Below, one piece after another: positions 37,526 to 49,910 of a stretch of DNA of 64,000 nt. Within the stretch, counting starts at the first letter, position 1. Each line of letters starts with the position of its first letter. The notes below the pieces were generated by a model that did not search any database, had not been told where the DNA came from, and worked only from the letters and a program-made list of their open reading frames with translations. Position numbers and translations under genes: made by a program. This DNA is from Harriotta raleighana (Eukaryota): positions 930,828 to 994,827 of the forward strand of contig JBNZDD010013666.1 of the NCBI GenBank assembly GCA_050575255.1, read 5' to 3'.

Positions 37526-38497
37526 TCATGCGAGCAGAAAGTTACTTAATGATCACATTTAATATCTCTAGATACATCATATCCGCAGCATATGACATTG
37601 ATCTAGTGATCAATTAGGCAATCGATCAGCAGTGGATCCTGTTAAATTGAATAGCAAGAATATTTTGTAACCACTTATTGTTCTTTACTTAGCTGCCGTA
37701 CAACAAGGAGACAGCTGTGAATCCATTACCAATGCCATTACCACTGGTGTGAAAGGCAGGTCAGAGGTGCAATTTAAGGATTTACTGTACTTTGTTCTCC
37801 CTCAGGTTTGAGCACTTTGGTGGTTCATAGTAGGGCACACAATATTTAGATTGAGACATCCCCAACACTCAAACTCAACAAGAAGTTTTATTGGAATAGC
37901 GTCTTTCACATCAGGAGAAACTCATGAACTTCTTCAAAATGACCAGAGCTCAGGAAATTGGATTACCTGACTTTCATCCAGTAAAGGGAACCCCAATGTC
38001 GGCCCTTTGATCAAACAACAGTGTGAGTCTGATGTGCAGCCACATCATCCCATAGTATGGGACACACCCAGCTTCATTAGATAAGGTTCACACGGAAGGC
38101 AGGTTAATCTCATTGATTACCCACAGATTTGGGTTCATAATCGTATCTGTGTTGATGGGGAAGAAGGAACGATACAAATGAGGTATCTGCTATGAGAGAG
38201 AGAAGCAAAATGAAATGTCTGGAGCTAATCTACCAGTTTAGGAGCTCGATAGGAAGCAGCCTAAAGATATAACAAAGGTATAATGTGGCATAGGAGACAG
38301 CACCATCCTGTCTTTTTTGATTGAGTACAGGAATGGCCAGCGAACACATCACAGAAACACTGAAATCATGGACAAGGCTAACAACTCAGTTGGTTGCATG
38401 CTATAATGCCAACAGGCTTGGCTCTGGGCTGTCAGACACTCAGAAAGTAATCTACAAAGGGAGAGGGGGGATTAAAAAATGGAAATCATCGCTGGAC

Positions 38498-38503
38498 TTT
38501 ATT
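38498..38503 (-). terminator. Possible AGBL4 poly(A) signal (AATAAA on minus strand)
   Basis: tttatt on the plus strand about 540 nt past the stop codon; motif only. Confidence 0.3.
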
Positions 38504-39043
38504 TCAAAATTATTAACTTTTCACATGTTTCCATTACGTACAGAACTATTCATCAAAAGTAACAGCAGCACAAAAATAAGAACTGATAAACCATTGGGAA
38601 GCTTTGTTGTCAAATATATCTTTTCAATTAAAAAAAATCTAAATCTTAGCTACTGAAACTATTTAAGTGTGGTAATTCACAGACTTTTCTCTTTTTCATG
38701 CTAATCCAGGTCATGGGAAGGTCATTTTCATGCTTTAGCTATTATTCAATTTCTCTTCCCCTCACAGAGACCCTGAGATGAGAAAGGCACTTGTGTGAAT
38801 TGAAATTCATTGATGCATATCAGTTTCCCTCTTGTAAACACTTACTGAATTTAACCTATAAAGTTTCAAATCTGCAACACATAAACCTTTGAGCTTCAAT
38901 GAGATACTGGTAACACATCCAACCCCTAAGTATTAGGATTTAAAATGGAAGTGACTACAATCGCACAAATATTTCTTCTGTTGATTTATCGCAATTCATT
39001 TATAACCACATTTATGTTCTTTTCAGAAATGTTTATAAAATGG

Positions 39044-39179
39044 TTATGATGTCTGAGAGCGAAAATCCTTTCGATTTATTTGATTTCCCCGAGCACTGGT
39101 CACTCCTGTCTTGTTGTTTTCGGAGCTGTTTCCGCTGCCGTGACGGTTTGTCTGCCTGAGACCAGGTGATTTAACTCGG
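39044..39179 (-). CDS. AGBL4: AGBL4 terminal coding exon (RVKSPGLRQTNRHGSGNSSENNKTGVTSARGNQINRKDFRSQTS*)
   Basis: tttttgcag acceptor; the phase-2 start fits the upstream exon; TAA at 39044-39046; weak similarity to the mammalian tail (KSP...VNHKD). Confidence 0.72.
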
Positions 39180-40321
39180 CTGCAAAAAGCACAAATTATA
39201 AAAACAATGCATTACTTTTGGCTAAAGGTTTATAATGAAGTCAGGTGTTTTCCAGATGGGACACACAGGATGGGACATTCCATGGTGATTCTTAAGAAGA
39301 AATTTATTGCAATTAGATAGATAGCTGTTAAACTGAAGGAGGTGGCATTCAAGGGAGCAGCAGTAAATGGGTGAAAAACCGAGGCATATAGAGGTTGAAA
39401 AAGCTGCAGTTCGCAACAGGATTCACTAATAGCAACTCCAGAGTTGCTAATGGGAATGCTGCCAGTCACTGGCAGAACATAAGAGCCAACTAGTGGGACT
39501 CCAGCTGGGAATGGCTGGCAATGGGCTGTGAAGGTCCCCGTGAGTGAGCTGTCATGTACAGCCTTTACCATCAGGAAACCAAAGATCACCTCAGAGCTGA
39601 GTTCTCTCAGGTCGACACTTTATGTCTCAAAGGAATTTTAAATCACCGTTTACACTCCATCTTCCCAAATTGCAATTCCTCAACCCCCATTGCCTGAATT
39701 TGGAACCTGCTGGTAGGGAATCACAGCAGCGCAATTCGTCTTGTTTAGAAAACAGGAGACTAAATACTCCCCAGTGGTATAACAGCAACTCTCACTTGGT
39801 TTTAAACAACATATTTTAAAGATAACAATTCTCTCCCACTCAATCACTCGTTTACTGACTTGTATCTTTTCAATAGTATATGCTCCAAATTTTCTTGTTG
39901 ACCCCTTAGGCTGCGATCAGGATTTCACAGTGACCCCCACGCTTTTAACTTTAATGTGAACACTGAGAGGCAGAAATTGGATGACATATGACTCAAATAA
40001 CACAGAAGGGCTCATTTGACATACAGAAACATAATTTTACATCCGTATTAAAGTGTCAGATGAGACTGGCTGCTAGAAAATGGCTCACCCAATCTCTTAA
40101 TATAAATGTACAGCAAAGGCCAGTGGCACTGAAATCACTATTTCTAAGTGCTTCACTTCACATAAAGTGGTGATTCAGTCAACATATTGATTCTTCTGCA
40201 CTTGACAGTGTAATTATTGAAATGGAATTTTGTAGCATCCTCTGCTCAAACTTGTCGAAGCAAACGGTTTCTAGCAAACTGCTCAAAACAAATATTGGAA
40301 CTGAATTTGCATTCTATTCCA

Positions 40322-40444
40322 TGGTGTGTGTCTGTACGTTTGTGTGTGTCTGTGTGTGTGTCTGTGCATGTGAATGTGCACATCTGCATGTATGTGATCT
40401 TATGTGCATGTATGTGTATCTGTCCGCATTTATGTTTGTGTGTG
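40322..40444. repeat. Degenerate (TG)n microsatellite
   Basis: Directly visible. Confidence 0.9.
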
Positions 40445-40930
40445 AAACACGCAAATTTTCACAACAGATTACACATGATGTTAGGATGCTATTTTGCAGA
40501 CTGATAATAGGAGTGGTGATAGATTTAGCACCAAAAATTAATGCCACCTAAAAAGGGAGCAATGACTTAACACTAATCCCAAGCTATGTGCACTTCAAGC
40601 CACTAGCCTACACAAAGAGTGCTATATAATGCTAGTTGGTGTTGATTTCCCTTTTGCAGCATATTTCTGTTTTGAGAGGATTTAGGGTTTCATGCGCAAA
40701 ACTTAGCAGGGAATACTCACTGGGGAATTATGGAATAAAGAACAAGCCGCATACAAGGAACAGCCAATAACTCGGGAGTAATTTCACTCCTGGGCTATCA
40801 AGATCTTCCTTCAATTCCGTGTTCACTTGAACATAGAGATAAAGATGAAATTGAAACCCGGTGTTAATTACTTTCACCGATGACTGTTACACATGCAGGA
40901 AGTCCTTTAATATTTCACGCTGTTAGTTAC

Positions 40931-40951
40931 TTACCTCTCTCCACGAGCAAA
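40931..40951 (-). CDS. AGBL4: Candidate AGBL4 microexon (17 nt to the donor after 40935, or 21 nt to the donor after 40931; SLLVER...)
   Basis: T-tract-TGC-tgacag acceptor; tandem donors AG|GTAAGT and AA|GTAACT; lies where AGBL4 has a short exon in mammals (from memory). Confidence 0.5.
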   Translation of the reverse strand, partial: FARGER

Positions 40952-41935
40952 CTGTCAGCAAAAAAAATTTAAATATCATGCCAACAGTCCAAAATAAAAC
41001 AAGACTGCAGCAGTGAGTCAGAAAGTTAGGTCAATATTTTAACTTCTGTTTCCTTATGGAGAGAAAACCTATAAATTATTTCTTAAAATCTGAGTACGAC
41101 AGTATTTGTGATGTAGCTATTTTACATTTTCCCTTTACAGAGGAGTCAAACTAAACCTTTCATTCCAGCTCTGATGACTCACTTCTGCACTGTATTGTAA
41201 TGTTGATCTGAGATATCACTGAATCTAATCATTCATTCTCACTCAGGGAATTCAAGATGGTATCCAAAACTCTGCTGGGGGATGAGGGGGTGGAACTGGT
41301 GCTGTTTATAATGTGATTTAATGAATCTCATTTCATTATCATAAAACAGCAGCTTTTATTTAATGGAAATTATTCACCTTGAAAGCAACAGACCATAGAT
41401 ATAACAGCATGAGATAAATGTGGAGTGAAGGCAGAACCTTCACCATCGAGAAAATCAGAAGCATACAACAAGTATCGGAAAATAATGAGGAGCTGTGGTT
41501 GAATAACTTTCCACCGATGAATTATTCTCTGAGATGGAAATGGTACCTCCTGTTGTTGTGACATCAGGAGTACATACACCACAGCTCCTGTTGTAAGACT
41601 GCAAATGGGAGGAATTTAAAATAGAGAATAGTGGCTACTTATTGTTCACTGGTCATTTAGCTGTACCTGCCACTGATTTGCCCATTCATTGGACAGCATG
41701 TGAGCTTTAAACAAACTATAATTATTTGGAAGTGAATTATTTGAATATTTCATTCAATGGATGGTGGAGTGCAAGATTTTTTAGAGCTGGACTTGAAATA
41801 GGCAGTGTTGTTGTGTAAGGTCTGTGCATTACCCAGTGATAGCTTTGGAATAATAGAACTGGCCAAACTCTTGGGAGATAATCTGGTGTGCAGAGAGCTA
41901 TATAGAAATGTTCTACAGGTTACGCTAGTCCATAC

Positions 41936-42035
41936 CTGAAGTTAGCCAAAGGAGCAGGAGGCCTCAAAGTGGCCATGATATTCGATTTATAGTAATCCAT
42001 GAAAGTTCGAGCCAGATTGTTTCCAAGTTTCATAT
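41936..42035 (-). CDS. AGBL4: AGBL4 (cytosolic carboxypeptidase 6) near-terminal exon (YMKLGNNLARTFMDYYKSNIMATLRPPAPLANF)
   Basis: caacag acceptor, AG|gtatgg donor, 100 nt, phase 1/2; matches CCP6 YMKLGRNVARTFLDYY; the SPATA6 neighbourhood agrees with vertebrate synteny. Confidence 0.9.
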
Positions 42036-42334
42036 CTGTTGATTTGCAATTAAGGAATTAAGGCAAGTTTTCATAGATATAAAACAACTACATTCAAGAC
42101 GTATCATATACATTCCCTGTATAAAGACCAATTTTGTTGAGCTTTAATGACTTTATTTTGATGCAACTGGATTATGGTTGAATAATAAATGTCTTGGAGG
42201 AGGTGGTTTGGAGAAGCTGTGTGATGTGCCACTGTCTGAAACAACGACAGTCCAACACCTTGGAACGTCCTCTTGATGTGAAAGCAGCTATACAAGTGTA
42301 ATTTTGTTGTTGTCGTAGTGCAAACACAGCAGAT

Positions 42335-43195
42335 ACCAACAACAACTTGCATTGATATAGCGCGCTTCATGTGGGTTAGTGTCCTGGAGCACAGGGATGG
42401 ACTCTGAGTCCCCTCCCTACTTTCTGGATTTGAAAGTAGGGAGGGGAGGAGCATTGTGGAGGGATTGAGGGAGAGATTTTCAGAGCTTCGGGGAGAGGAT
42501 CCGTTCAGTAATTGGGAATCAGTGGAGTCTGGTAAGAACTGGTGTGGTGAGGGTACAGAGTTTTGTGTGGGTGAGAATCCAGGTGACAAGAGTTTTGAAT
42601 TAGTTGTATTTGTGGAGCTGGGGGGACCAGTGAAGAGGCCATTGGAATAGTCCAGCTGGGGTGGATGAGAGTTTTGGTTGCTTTGATTGTGAGTGCAGAC
42701 AGAGGAGAGCAATATGATGGAGATGGCAAAAAGCGTTCCTAGTCAGGGAAGGGATATGGGGTAGAAAGGAAAACGGGATCGAACCTGATGCCTATGTAGA
42801 GCACAGATTCAGTGAATCTGAGGGAGAGTCCGGGGAGATAGAGGAGTTCAGACACACTGGAGAGAAGCCATTGATGGGAGCCAAAGAGTATGGTTTCCAT
42901 CTCGCCGACATTCAGCTGCAGGACGTTTGCTCTCATCCAGGTCTCGATGACCATCAAACAAGTTGACAGGACATCGGCGGACTGGGAGTTGCAGCTGGAG
43001 GAGAAGCAGATTTGGGTCTCATCTGCATATGCATGTGAAGGTTGACCCCATGTCTGCAAATGCCCATGTCTACATATTATGTAAATAAGGAAAAGAAAGG
43101 GAATCAGGATGGAGCCTTGGGGTAACCTGCAAGTGACCAGACGGGAGGAGAAACCATTTGCCAAGATATATTTTTGGCGATTAGTTAAGTAGGAC
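42335..43195 (-). mobile_element. L2 RT/3' fragment
   Basis: SYLTNRQ..LPQGSIL.PFLFLIY..HAYADETQI..WMRANVLQLNVG. Confidence 0.88.
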
Positions 43196-43894
43196 ACCAA
43201 TCAAATCGATGAAACTGGGTTGAACAATATTATTACAGGCAGGTTAATGGACAAAAAAAATCTATGTTAACTCCTGTACCTGTCACCTACAATTAATATA
43301 ACTTTTAAAGTAACAAGGACCAATTTATTTTCAAAAATAAANAATGTTAACTCCTGTACCTGTCACCTACAATTAATATAACTTTTAAAGTAACAAGGAC
43401 CAATTTATTTTCAAAAATAAAATCACTATTGTTGCACAAGGTGCACCATTTCTAACCAGCTCTTGGTTTATTAGTAGTAAAATGCTCCTAATCTTTTTAA
43501 AGTGGTGAATTCAAAGGATAAAATTGCTCCAGGTCCTACATTTAAAAGAATTGCCTTACCCAGTATTGCAGGGGTGAGGGGTGCCCATTGGCTGTGGTCT
43601 TAAGGATGGGACTTTAAATTATATTCACGACTTAACGGAACAAGCTTTAAAAATGGATACAACAGAGCCACCAAATATGTTAAGGGTGGGACACTGCTGT
43701 GCGCAATTGGCTGTGCATTTCACCCACAAAATATATNGTCAATTCACTTTACAGTATGTTCTGTAAAGTACTTTGAAACTTCTTTTTGAAGAAGGGGAAT
43801 AAGGATCACATCTGGCCACATCTGGCCCAGACCGAGACCATTTCCAACATTCCAACTTCCATTCCCTCTCTAATGAACATCTGGCCTATGGCAG

Positions 43895-44140
43895 CAAAAG
43901 AGAGCGGAGTGAGAGGAGGAGAGGAGAGAATAGGGGAAGGAGGAGAAAGGAGGGGGGAGTGATGAAGAAGGGCAAGGGGGAGGGCAAGAGAGGGGCAAGG
44001 GGAGAGAAAGGGAGTAGCTGGAGGTGGGAGAGGGGGTTGGAGAAAGGGGAGGAGAGAAAGGAGGAGTCTCTGGGTGAGAGAGAGAGAGACTGTGAGAGAA
44101 GGGAAGAGAGAATGATTGAGAGAGGGAGAGCAAAGAGAGA
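43895..44140. repeat. Polypurine (GA-rich) low-complexity tract
   Basis: Directly visible. Confidence 0.85.
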
Positions 44141-44851
44141 GAATGAGTTATGGTGTGATCTTCCCTCAGTCAGAAACTCCTCTATGTCCATCATTATCCC
44201 CTCCTCTCCCCACACCCCACCCCCTCAACCATTCCTCCAGTCTCCGCAACCTCCCGACCTGGCTTTTCCCTTTGTCCAGCAGATACCAGCTGATTGCTTC
44301 CCGCCACGCTATCTGCCCCACCATCGCCATTTTGACGTTACTCTCTGGAGCTCATTTCTCTCATTTCTGTCCCTCTGACTCTTTCAAGGTAGATGAACAC
44401 CTAACTGTATGATCACACATTCAGTCATCCCACTTCCCACTGCCCAGCTGACAGTTTCAACATGTTGTTCCAACGTGAAAATGTTGCCCTTGGCAGCCAA
44501 AAGGTTGTACTATCACAAAGCCCTTCACAATAACTGTCAAGTGGCAATTTTTTTTTAACCCGGCAAACACTGCAATCATGTTGAGTCAACAAGTTCCCAC
44601 AAATAAGTCATGAGGCCAAGGCCCAAATATATCTGGAGGATTATTAGCGACAAACTAGGCATGTGTGTAATCCTTGCATTTGATATAGAGCTTTATGACA
44701 TAGTCAAGACGTCTAAAACTCCCTTCTCTTGTTAGATAGTGGATTGTGATCTTTAATGTCCACCAGAACAGGCAGTCAAGACCAAAGGACAGCATGTTCG
44801 ACAGGCTCTCCCCCCAACACTTGTAGTGTCAGCCTGGACCTCACAAGATCA

Positions 44852-47465
44852 AACAACAGCAAAATTACATTTATAGAGCGCCTTTCACATTGGAAGGACG
44901 TCCCAAGGCACTGAACAATCAAATCAGGACTCGAGCAGGGGTGGAGAATGTCAGGGTAGGGGGAAGGGGAAGGAGAGTAGGAGAGGGGGAAGAGTTAGGA
45001 GGGAAGCCAAAGGCGTGGTCAAAGAGGAAGGACTTGAGACCGGATTTGAAGAAGGAAAGGGAGGAAGTGAGGTGAATCAATTACGGAAAGGAGTTCCAGA
45101 GTGTGGGGGCAGAGAGGCTGAAAGCCCAGCCACCGATGGTTGGGTGGTTAGGGCAGTGGATGCAGAGCAGGCCAGAGTTCTGAGCGGAGGGGGCAGGCAG
45201 GCTGATAGGGAGACAGCAGGTCGGAGAGATGGGTGGGGACAAGGCCATGAATGACCTTGAAAGGGAGGATGAGGATCTTGAATTCAATCCTCTGGGGGAT
45301 GGGGAGCCAGTAGAGACGGGCGAGGGTAGGAGTGATGTGGTCGCGAGTAGTGAGCCTACTGAGTATACGAGTTGCAGAGTTCTGAATGTTCTGCAGCCTG
45401 TGAAGGGAGTAGCTGGGAAAGCCGACGAGAAAAGCGTTTCCGTAGACAAGCCTAGATGTGATGAAGGCGTGTATAAGTGTTTCGGCAGCTTGGGAGGGTG
45501 AGTGGCGGAGGCTGGCAATATTGCTGAGGTGGTGGGAGGCTGTACCGGTCATGGAGCAGATATGAGGGAGGAAGGACAGTTCAGGGTCCAACAAGATGCC
45601 CAGATTCCTGACTGGCTTCGAGAGGTGGAGAGTGCAGCCTTGAATGCTGATGTTGTTAACATCTGAGGTGCAGAGTCGCTGACTTGAGCCAATCAGGAGG
45701 GCCTCCGTCTTGTTGACGTTGAATTGGAGGAAGTTGGCCCTCTTCCAGGACTCAATGTTGGACAGACACGCAGTCAGAACGCCAGTAGTCCTGGAGTCGA
45801 GGGTGGAAGCGGAAAGGTAGATTTGGGTGTCATCCGCATACATGTGGAAATTTACAGATGATGTCACCCAGGGGGAGCATGTAGAGCCTGAAGAGCAGGG
45901 GGCCAAGGACAGAGCCTGGGGAACGCCGCATGTGACTGTGCAAGGGCTAGAGGAAAAGCCGTTGGAGGAGACAAAGTGAAGGCGATGGGAGAGATATGAC
46001 TGGAACCAATCAAGGACGGAGCCTTGAAGGTTGGGTAGGGAGGAGAGGGAGGAGGATTGTGTGGTCTACGGTATCGAAGGCGACGGATAGGTTGCTAAGG
46101 ATGAGGAGGCAGAGGGAGCCCTGGTCACAGATGGTCAGGATGTTGTTTGTGACCTTGACCAGAGCAGTTTCCGTGTTGTGGGAAGCGCGGAAACCCGAAT
46201 GGAATGGTTTCAAGAGTGAATGGTTTGAGAGGAAAGAGCGGAGCTGGAGGAAACCACTCTTTCAAGGACCTTGGAGAGGAAGGGGAGGTTGGAGATGGGC
46301 CAGTAGCTTGAGAACTGCGACTCATTGAGGGAGGTTTTTTTTAGGATGCGGGTGATAGTGGCCGTTTTGAAGGGAGTGAGAACGGTGCCAGGTGAAAGGG
46401 ACAGGTTAATGGTGTCGACAATTAGTGGGGCTAGAAGGTGAAGCTGGGTGGTGAGGAGCGGGGTGGGGATGGGATCTAGGGAGCAGGTGGTAGGCGTCAT
46501 CGTGGAGATGTTTTTTTTGACGGAGGATGGGGAGATGGGTTTGAAGTTGTGGAAGGAGGGATGGGTAGGAGACGGAGTGTGGGAGGGAAGGTGGGGAGGG
46601 GGTGGAAGTTGAAGGGCGTGACTGCAGAGCAGATTCCCTCAATTTTGGACTCGAGCAAATCCAGCATCTCCTCGCAGCGGGAGTTTGAGGAGAGGATCGG
46701 CGAGGCGAGGTGGAGTGGACGAAGGAGCTGGTTGGTGGTGGAGTAGAGACACCAAGGGTTGTCCTTCACCTCCAGGGTTACCTTGGAGTAGAAGGACGAT
46801 TTGGCAGAGGATAGGGTGGAGCAGTAGGATGATGTGAGGTCCAGCCAGATATGCCGGTGGACTGTTAGGCTGGATTTGAGCCAGGTGCGTTCAGCGGCCT
46901 GCACCTGGCCCTTGAGGGAATGGAGGTGGGTGGTGAACCAAGATGAGGTTTGGGAGTAGGAGGCAGTTCGGGAAGTAAGGGGGGCAAGAGTATCGAATGT
47001 GGTGGAGTAGAGTGAGTACAGAGGATGGGTCAGTGCGGGAGGTGGGCCAGAGGGAGAGGAGTTCAGAGGATTCCAAGGCAGTGGAGAGAGTTTATGGGGA
47101 GATTTTCTTCCATGGGCAGTAGAAGATGGAGGTAGGTTTGGGAGTGGCGGGGAGAGGGTCAGAGGAGTTGAAAGAAATGAAATGGGGAACGGATAGATGG
47201 CCTTATCGGAGATGGTGACATCCGAGACATGAGGCCTCAGGTGATCACCAGGTCGAGCAGGTGGCCGTGAACGTGGGTGGCGGAGTGGATGTGGAGGGAG
47301 AGGTTGAGAGACGAGAGAAGGGAGGAGAATTCTGAGATGGTGGAGCAGGAGGAGGTGAATTGGAGGTTGAAGTGGATGATGAGGCGATCAGAGGATGCGC
47401 AGAGGGAGGCAAGGAGAGTGGTGAGGTCAGAGATGAAGATTGGGGAGGGTTTTGGGGGACGGTCC
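44852..47465 (-). mobile_element. Longest L2 copy (~2.6 kb, EN linker to RT to tail), frameshifted
   Basis: [77 protein letters not shown]; tail at 44852. Confidence 0.95.
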
Positions 47466-48469
47466 TGACAAGGGGCTTCAAACTACAACCTTCTGACTCT
47501 GAGGCGATAGTGGTACCAATTGAGCCTTGGCTGACACTGAGAATAAATACAATCGAACCTTAAGGTAAATATGTTCTTTTAGACACTGATGGTAACCCCG
47601 ATTTTGTGTGAATAATTTCAGGTAAAGAAAATGCAGTCACAACATTACAGGTATAATTTTGGTATATTTGAAGTGCTGTCAACAAGTTTCCTACCGTTGG
47701 AAAAGCTATTGAGCTGTTGATTCCATAAAGCCCTGATGATATTTTGAACACATTAGCCAAGCATGCCCTAAAGTCATTCGCTGTATTTAGAGCGCAAATA
47801 CAGCAAACAAAGCAAATGATGGGCAGTATCTTCATGCGAGCAGTTTAACAACAACAAAATTACACTTGTAGAGCGCCTTTCATTTCAGGAGGATGGCCCA
47901 AGGCACTGAATGTCACCAACAGGCATTGATTTTTGGTTTTAAGGTGGGCCAGGATTATTTTGTCACATTGCAATGTGTCCCCCATTTTGACCTAGTGCAA
48001 AAAACGCAGTGATTTAAAGTAATTGATCAGCCATGATATGTCAGCTTCAGAATTATTTACTTCCTGGTGTAGAGCTGCACAATATATTATTCACTTCAAA
48101 TGGCTTTCTTCAATAAATTTACCATTTCTTAGAATACTAATCAAAATATTAGTCTCCGAAAATAGATTCCTGTCTTAACACCTGTTCTGCATTTATCTGA
48201 ACTTTAAAAGGAAAGATGAAAACAATTTTGATAGTTTTAATTCTCTGGCTGTGTAAAGTGAATTGACTGTATTTTGTGGGTGAAAAAATGAGGGGGATGG
48301 AATCGGTAGCAATTTGAATGGTTACCGGGAATACATTGTGTGGAACCTCAGGTGTGTTCTGAAGTAGGTTGCATTGGTGTGATGTTGATCTGTTACCACT
48401 CTGAGCAATTTCGTTTGCAATATTAGACCTCATCCTGATGTACACAAAGTCTTACCAGATTTATTACTA

Positions 48470-49910
48470 CAGGGAACCCTGTTTTTCACCATTTGCTACC
48501 AGCGCTCCCTCTGCCTCCTCGTCCTCCTCGATCTATCCGCCGCCTTTCACACTGTGGACCAGACAATCCTCCTCCACCGCCTCTTCTCCCATCTCAACCT
48601 TCAAGGCTCTGTCCTTGATTAGTTCCAGTCCTACCTCTCACAACGCCTTCATTTTGTCTCCTCCAACGGCTTTTCCTCCAGTCCTTGCATAGTCACATGC
48701 GGCGTTCCTTGGGGTCTGTCATTGGCACTCAGCTCTTCACCCTCTACATGCTCCCCCTCAGTGACATCATCCACAAACATGGGGTAAATTTCTACATGTA
48801 TACGGATGACACCCAACTCTATCTTTCTGCTTCCCCCTCAACTCCAGAACTACTGGTGTTCTGATTGCGTGTCTGTCCGACATTGAGTCCTGGACGAGGG
48901 ATAACTTCCTCCAACTAAATGTCAACAAAACAGAGGCTCTCCTGATTGGCTCCCTTCAGTGCCTCCGCACCTCAGGTGCTGGCAACATCAGCATCCAAGG
49001 CTGTACTCTCCATGTCTTAAAATCAATCAGGAATCTGGGCGTCTTGTTCGACCCTGAACTGTGCTACCTCCCCCAAATCTGGGCCTGACAGGTACTGCCT
49101 TCCACCACAGTACCACCTCCGCAACATTGCCTGACTCAGCCACTGCTCACCCCACCATGCTGCCAAAACACTTGTCCACGCTTTCATCACATCAAAGCTC
49201 GATTACGGGGACTCTCTCCTTATCGGCCTTCCCAGCTTCTCACTTCACAAGCTGCAGATTATTCAGAACTTTGCAGCTCATGTCCTCTGCCACACTAGGC
49301 TCCGAGACCACATCACTCCCACCCTCGCCCATCTACATTGGCTCCCCATCTCCCAGAGGGTTGAATCCTCGTCCTCACTTTCAAGGCCATTCATGGCCTT
49401 GCCCCCAGTCTATCTCTCCAACCTGCTGTCTCCCTATCAGCCAGCCTGTCCCCTCCGTTCAGCGGGCTCTGGCCTGCTCCATGTACCCCATCGGAACAGC
49501 CCTACCATCAGTGGTCGGGCTTTCAACCTTTCAGCCCCCACATTCTGGAACTCCATCCCGCAATCCCTTCGCCTCGCTTCCTCCCTTTCCTCTTTCAAGG
49601 TCGGTCTCAAGACCTTCCTCTTCGACCATCTTTCTAGTGCCCTCCCAACTCTCCCCACTTTCCTACTCTCCATCCCCCTAACCCTTCCCCGNGCAATCCC
49701 TTCGCCTCGCTTCCTCCCTTTCCTCTTTGAAGGTCGGTCTCAAGACCTTCCTCTTCGACCATCTCCCAACTCTCCCCACTTTCCTACTCTCCATCCCCCT
49801 AACCCTTCCCCGACCCTTCCCCCTGCTCAGGTCCTGACCTGACTGTTCAGCGCCTTAGGACGTCCTCCTGACTTGAAAAGTGCTCCATAAATGTAATTTT
49901 GTTGTTGTTT
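48470..49910 (+). mobile_element. L2 RT/3' copy, frameshifted
   Basis: DLSAAFHTVD, MYTDDTQLYL, GRAFNLSAPTFWNSIP..LKTFLF; (TTG)n tail. Confidence 0.93.

Noticed and set aside
45148-45906. 252-aa ORF as an active reverse transcriptase or retron-like system
   Set aside because: Fragment of a frameshifted, 5'-truncated L2 ORF2.
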